Origin: the human T2T-CHM13v2.0 reference genome, Homo sapiens
Length of the DNA stretch: 64,000 nt
Assembly (NCBI RefSeq): GCF_009914755.1
Contig: NC_060936.1
Direction: 5' to 3' (one strand)
The notes under the pieces are model-generated. The model saw nothing but the letters and a program-made list of their open reading frames with translations. It had not been told where the DNA came from and searched no databases. The position numbers were made by a program, and so were the translations under genes. Of the stretch, positions 1 to 16,465 are shown one piece after another (within the stretch, counting starts at the first letter, position 1; each line of letters begins with the position of its first letter).

Positions 1-329
1 GTATCAGCCTAACTCTGCTTTGCGAGCATGGTTAATGACTCCAGCCTCCTTCTGCCTCTCTCTTTTCTCAGGGGAGGAGCCTGCCCCTTTATCAATACTG
101 CTGAGCCTTTTGGCCTTGCTGTAGCTCCTAGTTGGCTCTGTCCTTCCTGGGGACCTTGCTTTGGCACTTTTACCCCTCTCTCACATGTTTTCTACCTTCC
201 TTACTCAACACATCCTTTTCTCTCCTTCCCTCAGTTTGTAAATATTTTCAAATATCCACCAGTAAAAAAATAAACTAAACAAACAAAAAACAATAACAAA
301 CCTACTGTAAGCCTCTGTCATTCTCACAA

Positions 330-1185
330 AACATCCTTCCAGCCAGACTCCTTAAGGGTAGAGTCTGCTCTCTTCCTCTTCTTTCCTCCCCTCTCATTCA
401 CCCCTCACCCCACTTCATTCTGGATTTGGACCAGAGAAATCACTCTTGAGTTCATCACCAAGGACTTAATCTATAATTCCAATATGTAGTTTTCAGACCC
501 TCCAAAGCATTTGACATTGCTGACACTAATCACAACTTCCTGAAACTCTGCTCTCTGGATTCTCAGGTGCTGCATTCTCCCAATTTTCCATCTCCCTCTC
601 TGGTTTCCTATCCATAATTACCTTTCTATTTCCCTAGTCTATCCTTTAAGTAAATGATCTCTATTTGTTCTGGCTTAAAAGGCTTCTTATGATGTGGTCC
701 AAGCTGACCTGTGCCCCTTCCCACCCAACCCTCTGGTCACACTGCATCACTGTGACTGCACGTGATGCATGCGGTGCTGCATGCTTTACACCTTTGCACA
801 TGCGATTTTCTCCATTAGGAATAATCTTCCCCTGAAATCCCATTCCTACCATATCATTCTCTTCCCTCTCCTCCCCACTACTCACTGGCTCCCACACATG
901 CAAATACATTTCCTTAAACTCTGTCCATTCTTCAGATCTCAGTTAAGCATCACTGCTTCCAGGAAACTTTTCCTGAACCCCAAGACTGGGTGATGTGCTT
1001 CAACCCCCTTCTAATTGATTATTCTTATTGTAATGCTTACCATGTTGGTTGTTAAGGACAATTTACTTGCTTGTTTGAAGCCTCCATTACGACATAAGCT
1101 TCTTAAGGCAACAATTTTGTTTTGTTCATCTGATATCCCGGGCACCTAGCACAGTGCCTGAAATCAAGCAATCAATCAATAATGG
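330..1185. mobile_element. Degenerate L2 LINE fragments including a 3' end
   Basis: L2-typical 'catcactgcttccaggaaacttttcctga' and terminal 'cacctagcacagtgcctg...caatcaataat'. Confidence 0.6.
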
Positions 1186-1679
1186 TGCTTTCAGATTTCA
1201 TTCATCCATTAGACTACTATGCAACCACTAATAATAATGTTGCAGAATAATTTTTATACAATGGAAAGGTGTTCGCACTACATTGGAACATATATAACAC
1301 AACATTACAAAATATTCATTGTATACATCAAAATATCATTGGAAAATAGGGACTCCCCTTGGCAGAGGTGATTATGGATGATGTTTATTGTCTTCTTTTT
1401 GCTTCTCTCTCTCCTTTAATCTGCTATAATGAACTACAATGAACACATATAACTTTTGTAACAAAAAAATTGTTCAAGAAATATGTTTTGGTCAAGGTAC
1501 AAACCTAATGAAAATTAAGCATTTAGCACCAAGTACCATTTCCAGCAGATAGTATGTGCTCAGTAAATGTTAGCTCCTTTTCAAATATTTGAAGAAAAAC
1601 TAGTGGACAGTGCTGTGGAAAAAAAGACTAACACACAGGTTATTAGAAATAGGAAACTGCAGAGCAAGCTGGTTAGATG

Positions 1680-1910
1680 AAGATTTGGGATCTAGAGGAT
1701 CCAGGCCTGAATCTTGGCATTACTATTTCTTAGTTGTCTGATCTTAGAAGTTATCCAAGCTCTTAGACTTCATGCCTTATCTGCAAAATGGAGGTAGGCT
1801 ATTTTCCCTATATATTTGAAATAATGAAATGAAATCAAATATATATAGTATTAAACAGTGCCTGGCACACAACAGTCATGCACTAAATGGTAGTACAGTT
1901 GCTGTTATTT
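1680..1910 (+). mobile_element. MIR SINE
   Basis: Core 'ccttatctgcaaaatggag' and tail 'aacagtgcctggcacac...cactaaatggtagt'. Confidence 0.65.
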
Positions 1911-2112
1911 CTTACATCTTACTTTATCTTTACTACTTATTTTACTTTAGTTTCTTTATCTTTGTCAGTTTGATCAATTTGTTTTTATGACCTTTTTTTC
2001 TGTTATTTTAGACATTCATTGTACTTTTCCTTTCCCAGTCTGCAGACTCAGATATGTGGTTCCCTACTGTAATACCCAGATCCAACTTTCCTCTCACCAA
2101 GAGGCTCTTACC

Positions 2113-2211
2113 TGTTTCCCTCATAGGCCATCCCCAGTTAGATGGGACTTTAGATGAATTTATGTTTCCCTCATAGGCCATCCCCAATTAGATGAGACTG
2201 TAGATGAATTT
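2113..2211. repeat. 50-bp-period tandem duplication (2 copies, 3 mismatches)
   Basis: tgtttccctcataggccatcccca(g/a)ttagatg(g/a)gact(t/g)tagatgaattt at 2113 and 2163. Confidence 0.9.
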
Positions 2212-2499
2212 TACCTTCCTACTTTAAAAGTTTAAGAAATAAACTCACCATCTAGAGATATCTAGAAGTTTCGCTCCTTCTCTCCTACTGTCTCTAGCTC
2301 CCAGATTTTACTGAGATAATTTAGTACTTTTTAAGCAAAGTATCCTGATGCTTTTCCTTTAAACTAGTTCTTTCCTTTTTAAAGAAACTCTATTTCTAAT
2401 TTCTAATATCTAATCCTAGTCATTGTACCACTGAGAAAGTGCTGCTGTTCTTCTTCCCTCCTTCTTTTCGTTCATCTTCAAAGCCTTCAGAGTCTTTCA

Positions 2500-3720
2500 G
2501 TCTCTGTTCTGCTTCATAGGTTGTTGATTGAATCCTTTTCTCTTTCTTTTTAAGTGTTTTCCTCAGATTATATTCTGATTCCATGTTCTCCGCAAATACC
2601 TTTCTTGCACTCTGACAGGTGAATGATGTGCTCCCAGCTCAGTACCAGAATCTTTGGGTGTGGCTGTTTTTTCTCAGGGTTTGTTAGAGATTATTCCATC
2701 ATGTCTAGCTTTGAGTGTCTCAAATGAGAACTGCAGTGTCAGTCTAATTTTCATTTTCTTTTGGTAAGAAATTTGTTCTTTCTTTCTGAAAACTTACAGG
2801 ATTTTCTCTTTTGTCTCTGTAGCTCAGGAATTTTACCAGCATATGTCTGGGTATATGCCTTTTCTTTCTCTGCCTAGAAATCAGTGAGCACTTTCAATCT
2901 GCAGATAAGTCTCTTTCCAGCTGTCAGAAAATTTCTTCTTGCTTAATTATTGCCTAGTCACTCTCTGTTCTTTCTTCTTCTTCAGTTACTAGTACATCGA
3001 GAGCCATCTGGCCTATGTTCAAATCTTAAGCATGTGATTTAACTTCTTTGTGCCTTAATTTCCTCATCTCAGAAATGGGAGTTTTTACAGTAGTCTGTTT
3101 GACTGCTGTAACAAAATACCTTAGACTGAGTAATTTATAAACAGCGGAAACCTATTGTTCACAGCTCTGGAGTTTGGGAAGTCCAAGAGAATAATGGAGT
3201 AGTAGATTTGATGTCTGGTGAGGGATGGCTCTGCTTTGTAGATGGCACCTTCTATGTGTCCTTACATGGTGGAAGGGGCAGACGGGCTTTCTCAAGTTTG
3301 TCTTTTACGAGGACAAGTCTGTCTTCTTGTTTTTTACAAGGACAGTAATCTCATGCAGGAGGGCAGAGCCCTCACGACCTAATCACCTCCCAAAGTCTCT
3401 GCCTCTAATAACATCATGTGGGGGTTACATTTCAACATATGAATTTTAAAGGGACACAAACATTCAGGGGATAATAATGGCACTTACTTGATAGGATTGT
3501 TAAGAAGATGTTAAATGCCTAGACCAGTGCCTGGGCCATTGTAAGCACTATTGAGTGTTGACTATTATTATTTATATATCAAGTCTTGATCTGTCTTCTA
3601 AGTCTATTATGTTTTCCTTTATAATTTCCATTTATTTTTGTCATCTATAACTTGAACTACTTTTACTTCCACTTGATCTTTCTGATTATTAATTTAGGTT
3701 TCAGCATTGACTATCTTCTC
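2500..3720 (-). mobile_element. Old HAL1/L1M ORF1-like fragment interrupted by MIR and MLT1A
   Basis: Antisense ORF1-type text 'aaatgagaactgcagtgtcagtctaattttc...caggattttctcttttgtctct...aattttaccagcatatgtctggg'. Confidence 0.5.
3088..3467 (-). mobile_element. MaLR solo LTR (MLT1A-like) inserted in a MIR (~3000-3080 and ~3468-3572)
   Basis: 'tagtctgtttgactgctgtaacaaaataccttagactgagtaatttataaac...ttcaacatatgaatttt..gggacacaaacattcag'; MIR core split on either side. Confidence 0.75.
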
Positions 3721-4313
3721 AAAATTATCTGAAAACTTTATATCTCTATACATGCTCTTACTTTTTTGATTTGTCATCTGAATTTTAATCAGTTTTATTT
3801 TACTACTGCCACCTTTTCTGGGGGTTATATTTATTCTTCCTCTTGTCAGCTGCTGGATCTTTTTTGCCAGGCTATTTTACTTTGTCTGTTTATTGTGGGT
3901 CATGTCTAGCTGTTGGATTAATTTCAGTAGTGGCCATGCTGCAAGTGGTGGTTAAGAATAGCTAGTTCTGCCTATATGGGTTGGCTGTATACCAGACTTC
4001 AAAAGTTCAATTCCCTGTGAAGCACCAGGAGAAGCAGCAAAGGCCAATATTCTTTAGTTTCAGGAGTGAAGAGGACTCAGGCCACCTTCAAGCCCCTCAC
4101 AGGTCCTGGAAAACCAAGAAGGCAGCCAGCCAGAGCTGTCACTCTTTGGAGCTAGAGACCTTGTTCCAAGCTCTTTTTGGATGCTGTCCCTGATCTTTGA
4201 TCCAAGGCTGCCTGCCCTGGTTCCCAGGCTCTTGTCCATCCCAGAGTGCAGAAGATCCTGTACCAGCTCTGTCTGTTCTTACCCGTCACCTTCTAGGACC
4301 CACCTGTCTCCTG

Positions 4314-4340
4314 CAGCAGCAGCAGCAGCAGCAGCAGCAG
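4314..4340 (+). repeat. (CAG)9 microsatellite, intronic
   Basis: Direct count of perfect CAG units. Confidence 0.95.
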
Positions 4341-5729
4341 CTCTGGAGAAGCTGATATTGGATTAGATTGGGAAAGGGAGGGCAGAAAGGCATGCCCAAG
4401 CTATCAGCTGTGCAGAATCTCCCATCTCCCTTCTGTTCCTCCCTCTCGTTATTATTATTGATCATTGTTATATGTTGATGATCATCATCACATATGAATT
4501 TTATAACTTGACATAAATTACTTCCCCTTTATATTAAGTTTCCTCCTTTATAAAGTTAGGCTGACTTAATTGGCCTCTTGAATTCCTTCCAGCTTGTTGA
4601 TCTCATGAGAGCTATTTTTCTCTATTTTCAGTCTACAGTTTCTTCAATTATCAGGACATTTGATTTCTACAGGAGCTTAAAATACAGATTGTGTTAAATT
4701 GTACAGATTGTGTTAAATCAAATATATTCTGTACTTTTCTGACTTACTAATCTTGAGGATGTGTCACCACTCAATGACAATACTGTTGCCGTGTTTTAGA
4801 GTCACTTAAGGCTGAACAGCTTGCTTCCTGGTGTATTATATTAAACACAGACTTAAAAAACAAAACCCAAAGCAGCTTTTCTGTCAAAACAACATCAGTT
4901 TTACAACGTCTTTTTCACAGAGTTGATATTTACTGGAAAAAGGAGCACTTAAATATTATAAAGCATAAAATCAGCTGTGACTTGATGCTTTCTTGATAAT
5001 TTTCCTTTATAGTATAGATTGTGTCACACAAATGGACTACTTAAAATTTTTTTTCATGTGAAAGTCTCTGATAGAAAAAGGCATTTAGAGATTTTTTTAT
5101 AAGACAAAAATAAACATCATGGTTATTTAAAATCTTTTTTTAATTAATGACTGAACCTTGAGCTTCCTTATTACATGAAAAAGTAGATTACTGATTCTAT
5201 GATAGGAGTGAATGAAAGTTACTTACATTTCTTATGTTTATTCAATCAGCAAACATTCATTGAGGGCCACTTATATGCAAGAATGGTGCTGGGAAGTGGG
5301 GACATACTAGGAAGCCAGTCCTCATCTCTGCCCTCAAGAAGCTTATTATCTAGTTAGGGAGGGAGAGAAAATAGTTCATAATCCCTGTAACAATTCTAAT
5401 TTTAACAAAAATCTAGAAGACAATTCAAGTATTATTTTTATATATTAGTGCCATTATCATATTGTATATCATACCATATCATGTATCATATCATATGGCA
5501 CTAATATATAATATAAACTGTATAGTACTAATACATATTATATATACATATATGTGGCATGATGACATGAAGTATTTGTTATTTTTGTCTTATATTGATA
5601 TTTGGTATAATATGAAACAATAAGTGAAATATACAAAAAGGGGAGATGTTGAAATATGGTTGTGCTGAACAAATTAGCATATCTTTTATTTCCCTTCTAG
5701 CCTGGGATCTAATCACAGTTGATAATTGT

Positions 5730-5900
5730 TGAGGTTAAGAGTGTGGGCTCTAAGAAGGAATTCTTATTCAATTCAATCCCCTTGAACAAGTCATTTAACT
5801 TCCCTTGTTTTCATTTCCTCTCCTATAAAATGTGGGTGAGTGCCAATGTCATTAGCCTCTGAGATGACGTGAGTGGCATGCATAACATATTTAGAAGGGC
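5730..5900 (+). mobile_element. MIR SINE
   Basis: 'ggttaagagtgtgggctct...ttgaacaagtcatttaactt...tttcctctcctataaaatg'. Confidence 0.6.
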
Positions 5901-6109
5901 ACCTCCTCACTTGTTTTAAGAGCTTTGTAGGTGTCAGCTGTTCTTCCTGTTCCATGCCTGGCCTCCTTACTCTTCTGGGAGCCTCCCAGAAGCAAAGGCT
6001 TTTCCTCTCCATATTCTTCTTCTCCGTATTCACTTTGTCATCTCCGTATTCTCATCAGTGTGCTGCCATCCCGCCTGGTTCAGAGTAAGGACTCAGTAAC
6101 TTCTTCCTG

Positions 6110-6112
<3 letters not shown>

Positions 6113-6158
<46 letters not shown>
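6113..6158 (+). repeat. (GA)23 microsatellite
   Basis: Perfect GA dinucleotide run. Confidence 0.95.
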
Positions 6159-6161
<3 letters not shown>

Positions 6162-6839
6162 AGGCTGTCCATCATCCTGCCATTCACATAGCACATGCCT
6201 GAATTAAAAGTTTACAAAAAGTTCTAGATTTAAAAAAATATATCCTTTGTAGGGCATAGCAACTTGGAATTAGAAAATTTCAGAACCTAAAGATACCTCA
6301 CGATTTTGTAGTTCTGCTGCATTTTATTTTTTAGCATTTAGTAGCCAAGAAATGTTTTAAAGACATGTAATACCCAATATTTCAATCATTTTTTCAGAGG
6401 ACACTCAAGGCTTGGAGGCATGTGGGGACTTGTTCAAAGCCTCAATGATATGGTAGCACCAATGACTGGCCAGGATCCAGCACTTCAGCTAGAATTCAGT
6501 ATCTGTATCAGAGTCCTACACTGCGTTTCTGTTTATATTACTTTATTGTGTGTTCAATTATCCAATCAATTAATTATTTCTCCTACTTCCATTCTCCTCT
6601 TTATGCCAACTTTTTTGTTCTTTAAAATTACCAAAGAGAAGGTGTTCATCTGCTTTTAGCCTAGACAGCCACATTCTCTGGGATGGTTTCCCTAACTCCC
6701 CCAATCTGGGCCTGCTAGCAAAGTGCCCCGTGCTTTCTCTGCTACACAATTGGCCATGCAGTATTTTGATTGCCTGTCTGGCTATTCATATTCTCCATTA
6801 AACAAAACACTAGGCTTCAAGACCTCCCTCTTAAGAGAT

Positions 6840-7095
6840 AGTGCAATGTTGTAGTTTAGAGTGTGGGCCCTGGAGCCAGACTGCCTAGGTTCAAATTACG
6901 GCTCTTCTGTTTACCAGCCATCTAACCTTGGGTGAGTTGCTGAAACCTCACTGAGCTACTGCTTTGTCCTCTGTCAAATAAGCTTGATAATGGTGCCCAC
7001 TCAGAGTTGCGGGGATCATATGAGTAATGCATTTAAGTCCTTCAGAGGGTGGCTGGAATGTAGGACACATTTAATAAATCTTAGCTCTTATTATT
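6840..7095 (+). mobile_element. MIR SINE (near full length)
   Basis: 'gagtgtgggccctggagccagactgcctaggttcaaat...taataaatcttagctcttattatt'. Confidence 0.75.
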
Positions 7096-7767
7096 TTCTT
7101 TTTTCGTTTTTGTCAAGTACCTAAGCACTTAGAAAATATTTGTTGAATAAATGTCTGCTTGTCTGGCTCTGGGGTCACACAGATAAAGTCTAATGTCTCT
7201 TCCATACAATGGTTTTTTAAGTAAAAACATGTTAAATAATGATGGGGCCTAATAAAAAGCATAGCATGTAGTCCTTGTCCATCATGGGTTTGCTGTCTAG
7301 TGGAGATGACAAAACAAAACAAAACAAAACACACAAAGCAAGTAACCACTATAATGCTTAATAGAAAGAAAATTACTGCCCATTAATATTTGCAAATTTT
7401 ATTGGGAACAACATAAAATTTCCAGGTGTTTCCCTATTAACAACTTCATCTTAGCAGCATGAAAGTTGTTCTGTAGAGCATTGTGAATTTTAGAAGGAAA
7501 GGGTTTTGAGAGATTATCCTTCATTTAAAAAATAAGAAAACATGTTAGAAATGTATCAAAGAAAAAATTTCAAAGGGTTATTACTGTAGTTCATTGAAAT
7601 ATTGGGTATTATATGTCTTTAAAACATTTCTTGGATGCTAAAAACTGTAAAAACTACCAAAGTTCTTGATAGATTTCATTACTGTGAGAGCAGTCTGGTA
7701 ACTTGGAGGCTTGTTATAAACACCGTGTATTTTTTTGTTCTTCCCCACCCAACTGTTTTTCTTTTAG

Positions 7768-7923
7768 GACATACAGTGGCCAAGCAAGTATATTACAAGA
7801 ATAAAAGGAAGGACCCCTCGAAGTGGTTACCTGCTCTTCATCTGTTTGATGTGGCACTGAAGCTCTGTAGAACAACAGCAGTGGAGGAACATGAGGTGGA
7901 AGCTGAAATCCTTTTTCAGAAAG
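7768..7923 (+). CDS. CFAP54: Internal coding exon A (156 nt, phase 1-1): (G)HTVAKQVYYKNKRKDPSKWLPALHLFDVALKLCRTTAVEEHEVEAEILFQK
   Basis: Acceptor tgtttttcttttag|GA; donor AAG|gtaaaa; inside ORF 7635-7952; phase matches exon B. Confidence 0.9.
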
Positions 7924-8449
7924 GTAAAATGCATCTGGGGTCAGAACTATGATAAAATTTATGGAATTCTTTTTTCTGTCAACAACAGGATTCTTGAAAA
8001 TCTGGTCCCTGACTATAAAAATTACAAACATACAAAGGGCTTAGAGATGATTAACACAATGGTACCTCCACCAAATCCAGTCTTAGGTAAAAGAATGCTG
8101 CTTATTTTATGTCTAGAAAGAAAAAAGTACTACTGCTTCATTTCTTTTATAATTGTAATTGATTTTTCTTACACAAAGTTTCAGGTTTGACTGAAAAATG
8201 GCAGCATAGCCTCTTAGCTATAAATAATATTACTTAAATAATGCTTGGAAGACATTTTTTCTGCATCATTTCATTACTTAGCTAAACATTTTGGTTAATT
8301 TTTATAAGTAAGAGATACATACTCATTGAAATTAAATAGATATAGCACACCTATACTTAAAACTTATATATAACACCTATTTCCTCAAGACATTTATATA
8401 ATTTTATTGTGGGCATTTTACCTCTGAGAAAAAGATAAGGATGAGTGCT

Positions 8450-8680
8450 ATCATTTACTGAGTATCTATTAAATGCTAGGTGCTGTATTCAGTATGTTCA
8501 ATATGTATCTCATAGTGCTAATTCTTAAAATAGCTCTGCAAGGTAGGCATGACAAATCCTGCTTGATGATGAGGAAAATTAGGTGCGGTCTGGTTAAGTG
8601 ACTTTCCAAAAGTCAACAGCCACTAAATGATAGTGCCCAGATGTGAGCTCAACACTGGCCAGCTCTGTGCCCTTTCCACA
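8450..8680 (-). mobile_element. MIR SINE
   Basis: 'catttactgagtatctatt...gatgaggaaaattagg...ggttaagtgactttccaaaagtca'. Confidence 0.65.
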
Positions 8681-8773
8681 GGCTGCATGAAAGCTGTGAA
8701 TCCTTTCTATAGTGATTATAGAAGTTTCCTTTCCCATCCTTGTTGCTACCCATGTGCTCTGCTAGTGCCTACA

Positions 8774-9084
<311 letters not shown>

Positions 9085-9229
9085 TGAAGGCTGCAGCTCA
9101 CCATGAGGGCTGGGAGCTGTGAGGGCCAGCGCATTTGCATTATCATAGAGAGTTTTCAGCCATTTGCTGACTTTTTAGGATTTATTTTTTCTCCTTAGGT
9201 TTGTGATTTTTCTAAAATTTTAAAAGTGT

Positions 9230-10095
<866 letters not shown>

Positions 10096-10460
10096 GTGAA
10101 GGAGACAGGGGAAGGAGGAGAATGCATGTCAAAAAAGGGAATGTAAGATACAGGAGGAGGGAGAAGCACAAAGTAAGGGAATGGAGAGAGAAGTTAGATG
10201 GGAAGATGGGAAGACCAGTTGTGTAGGGCAAGCCAAAGAAGGCTTGCCTCATGTTGCTTCCTGAATGCAGGGGAAGACTGAGGGTTCTGAAGAAGGAGGC
10301 AATGGATCTTTCCTCATTGGCTTACCTTCTGGAAGAAATAGACAGACATACAAAAGGACAGCACATCAAATATTCTGAATTTCCAGCATGAAATATTTGT
10401 TCTTAAGTTCTAAGTGCTAGAAAAAGGAAAAACCATCTTTGTATCTTTTTCTTCTTTCAG

Positions 10461-10566
10461 GCAAAATAGAACGTCAAATACTAATGGAAGAGAAATCTCC
10501 AAGTTTTCAACTTGAGAGTTTATATGAAGCTATACAACTAAGCCTGAAAAATGATCAAAACTCAGG
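10461..10566 (+). CDS. CFAP54: Internal coding exon B (106 nt, phase 1-2): GKIERQILMEEKSPSFQLESLYEAIQLSLKNDQNS(G)
   Basis: Acceptor tctttttcttctttcag|GC; donor AGG|gtaaaa; open in the frame set by exon A. Confidence 0.9.
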
Positions 10567-11493
10567 GTAAAAAGATATTCCATTGTTGTAGCTGTGTGTG
10601 TTTGGCTTGAGCCCCGTGTTCTTGTAGTACATTGACCACTCAAGGCTGGATTGCTTGGGATGCCTTCTGAAAGCAGGGCTAGTTCATGGGGTCCATCTCA
10701 AGCTTGTTGCTCTTTGTTCTGACCCAAAGCCTCCTTTAAAGTAATGGTAAATGATGGCTGTCCTCATAGTGGCATATTGGCCTGTACCCAGATCTCGTGT
10801 CAGTCCCAGGATTTCTGGGGCCTCCTCAGGATGACTGGCTTCTAAACTGGAAGATCCTTCCCTAAATGTGCAGTTGTGTCTAGAAGGAGTTCGTGTGGCT
10901 TTTCACTCTGGTCATCAGGACCGGGACTGGCCAACTTAATTCTTAATTCTGTATGAATATCACCTCAATATTGAGTAAGCCACCTTTATTACAACTGCAC
11001 TGATCCAGGTGCACTGATCCCCAGCTGACATATTTGATAGTGAATACATAGACCTAACCCATACCAAATCACTGCTTTCTGCATTGCATAACTCTATGTA
11101 TTTCTTTCTATTTTAATTAGTGTAGGAGGATAGAGAGGGGCCTCCATTTTCAAGGCAAATTCCTCCAGCCCTGACCTTCACTGATTTAGTGTCTTGTGTG
11201 CTAGAATATTCCAGAATGGTCTTGATGCCAGGCTTCCTGGCAGTTATAGCATGGAGTGTTGCCACCACAGGAAAAGGCAGAGTGCTAAGCTCTCTTCGAG
11301 AACTTCCAATTTTAGTAGGGAGGAAGATGCTAGTATCTATGGTCAAAAGTGCTATGAAAAGAGGGTGTGTGTTTGTGACAGATGCTGGTTTTGCCAGTTT
11401 TTACCTTTCATCAGCTCAGAAATTGTTGGCAAATGATACCAATGATTATGCATGGTGAAGCTATTTAATAAGTACAGTGCTATATCATTTTAG

Positions 11494-11587
11494 ATTGATA
11501 AGAGACTCCTACCTAGAAATGGCTCTATTGTATTTTCATCTGAAGAAGCCAAAGATAAAAATTTCAGGATCACCATTAACACTTAAG
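11494..11587 (+). CDS. CFAP54: Internal coding exon C (94 nt, phase 2-0): LIRDSYLEMALLYFHLKKPKIKISGSPLTLK
   Basis: Acceptor tcattttag|A; donor AAG|gtaaga; inside ORF 11477-11662; phase consistent. Confidence 0.9.
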
Positions 11588-12233
11588 GTAAGAGTCTATT
11601 TTATTAGAAATTATGAGTTAATTGCCTTTGAGCTTGCTATTTTGGTAACACTGTGCTATTGAAATAATGAGGCTGATTTTCCTGTGTGGCTTGGAGAAAT
11701 TAATTCATTTCTTTGTAGTTACACTTGTAACTATGTTACAAAGAGATATCTCTTTGGACATTTTATATAGGGCTTTGGAAATTATTTTTATATACACATT
11801 TCTGCCTGTGAAAATGTTATCCATGAAATGTAACTGTACATAAATATATACTTAATATATAAATATACAGTTATGTTTCATGGATAACATAAATGCAAGG
11901 CAATGAATGAGTCATTAGTATTGATCAGGAAAATTCAAGAAATGACATATTGGTTAAACAGATGGACAAGTGAAGTTTTCAATACTGATATGGCCTATAA
12001 ACAGATTACCTCTTGATAGAATCATTCATACATTCATCACGTATCTATTGAGCATCTACTATGATCCAGGTACTCTTATAGAGGAAGATGTTAAAGCAGT
12101 GTCTAAAACAAACTTGGTCCCTGTTCTCATGGAGCTTGCCTTTCAGTAGAGGAAAACAGATAATAAACCAGTAAAGGAAGGAGATCAGAGGAGGAAAGGT
12201 GGGAGGAAATGAGGGAGAAGGAGGGGAAGGGCA

Positions 12234-12589
12234 TGTATTAGTTCATTTTCACGCTGCTAATAAAGACATACCTGAGACTGAGTAATTATAAAGGAAAGAG
12301 ATTTAATGGACTCATAGTTCCATGTGGCTGGGGAGGCCTCACAATCATGGTGGAAGGCGAAAGTCACATCTTACATGGCAGCAGACAAAGAATGAGAACC
12401 AAGTGAAAGGGGTTTCCCCTTATAAAACCATCAGATCTCCTGAGATTTATTCACTACCATGAGAACAGTATGGGAGAAACTGTCCCATGATTCAGTTATC
12501 TCCCACCAGGTCCCTCCCACAATGTGTGGGAATTTGGGGAGCTACAATTCAAGATGAGATTTGGGTGAGGACACAGCCAAACCATATTA
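12234..12589 (-). mobile_element. THE1 (THE1B-like) MaLR solo LTR
   Basis: Starts tgtattagttcattttcacgctgctaataaagacatacc, ends gagatttgggtgaggacacagccaaaccatatta; ~356 bp. Confidence 0.9.
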
Positions 12590-12747
12590 GGGGGTGACTT
12601 AGGTAGTGAAATTTGGAGCTAGGAATAACTTGTACTGGTGGAATTTTCAATGAATGACCTGAGAAGGGGTGATGTTTGAAGTAGGGTTTAATGAATGAGG
12701 AGGGACCCCAGCAAAGAGTTGCAGAGGGGTCGCATCTTGTAGCTAGA

Positions 12748-12912
12748 GCAGTGCTTCCAAACTAAGATGTGGAAACACCTCTGAAAATCTTGTGAAATGG
12801 CAGACTCTGATTCAGTAAATCAGGGATGGGCTCTGAGATTTGGCATTTCTAACGAGCCTCCCAGGTGATGCTGATGCCGCCGGTCTGTGGGCCACACGTG
12901 AGGACCAAGGTT
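12748..12912. mobile_element. MER5A hAT-Charlie MITE
   Basis: 'cagactctgattcagtaaat...gcatttctaacgagcctcccaggtgatgctgatgc'. Confidence 0.75.
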
Positions 12913-13158
12913 CTAGACTCAGGGATATCCCAGATGCAGGAATAATTTGGGTGGGTTTGAGGTATATGAACCCAGTAATTTTATTTTTTGTTTTTAAAAT
13001 TTTAGTGGGCTTTTCTGTTTCATCCTTATTGAATAATCATTTGACCCTCCAAGAGATCTTTTCAGAAAATGTTGGCATCAAATCTTTAATTTTTGAGACA
13101 GCATAAACATGATTTAAAACCTTTAGGCAAATAGAGTCTCAGTCAATTCTTACCGATT

Positions 13159-13194
13159 ATTCATATGGCAGCTGCCATTCATATGGCAGCTGCC
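13159..13194. repeat. Perfect 18-bp tandem duplication ATTCATATGGCAGCTGCC x2
   Basis: Copies 13159-13176 and 13177-13194. Confidence 0.95.
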
Positions 13195-14269
13195 TTAGGT
13201 AAATGGCCCCTCTTTTTTTAATCAAAATAATTGCAAACTAGAAAAAGTTACTTTGTGTTGTTTGATAAACACGTTTATTTCCAGTAACAGAAAAAAAAAC
13301 CCCTTGTTTTTATAGCAGGTGGCAATACAAATTAATAGGATGCTAGGATGATAATATATCAGCTTTCTGGCCCTTACTAGAGAAGTGCTTATAATTAAGA
13401 ACATAAAGAAGTTAGAATCTGAATGAAAACAGTAGTGTAATTCCTTACAATATGATCATTATTTTCTGTATGTTTTGACATAGTATAAATATTTTAGCAA
13501 GTCATAGAATTATTGGAAGCACAGAAAACAGCCAAAACCAATTTAAAAAATTCATGCAGACATATTCAGACCATGGAAATATAACATTTGAAATATGTCC
13601 TAATAAAGACAACACATTATAAGCCCTTAAAAGGAAGCACTATTGTTTCACTTTTATGTAGTGTCCATACAGCAGAGTGACCATAGTACCTATGTGGGTT
13701 TGAATCCTAGCTTCACAACTTACTAGCTATGTGACTGAGGTCTTTCTAAGCCTAGTTTCCTCACCTGTGAAATGGAGATGAGGATCCTTACCTCTTAGAG
13801 TGGCTCTGAGAATTAAACAAGATAATGGGCTTGTATGTAATAAGTACTTATATAAATGGAACTATTATTTCTCGTTATGTAACATCAGCTAAACGTCTTT
13901 ATTCTTCTTCCTATTTTGTTAGTAGGTACTCAATAATTGATGCCTGTTGACATCACTATTTCTTAAACATTCATTTATTTACTCATGAACTGAACACTTA
14001 CTGAGGGCTTAATGTACATTAACCACTTTCTTTTCCTAAGGAGCACAGAGACTAGCAAGAGAGATAAATAATTGTATTGCAATGTGACAAGGACTATAAT
14101 CACAATTTGTCAAGGTGGAGAAGTGGGGCAAAGTAGGGACTAATACTGTTTTGGGGAAATGCTGGAGAAGGCTTCACAGATGAAGTACATTTTGAAGGAT
14201 AAGTGGAGTTCTCCAAGTAGTTATGTGGGAGAAAACAGTCCACAGAGAGATCAGCATGCATACATTTAA

Positions 14270-16465
<2,196 letters not shown>

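Noticed and set aside
4181-4366. Poly-alanine ORF over the CAG tract as a coding exon
   Set aside because: No convincing flanking splice sites or protein similarity; the alanines are just the microsatellite.
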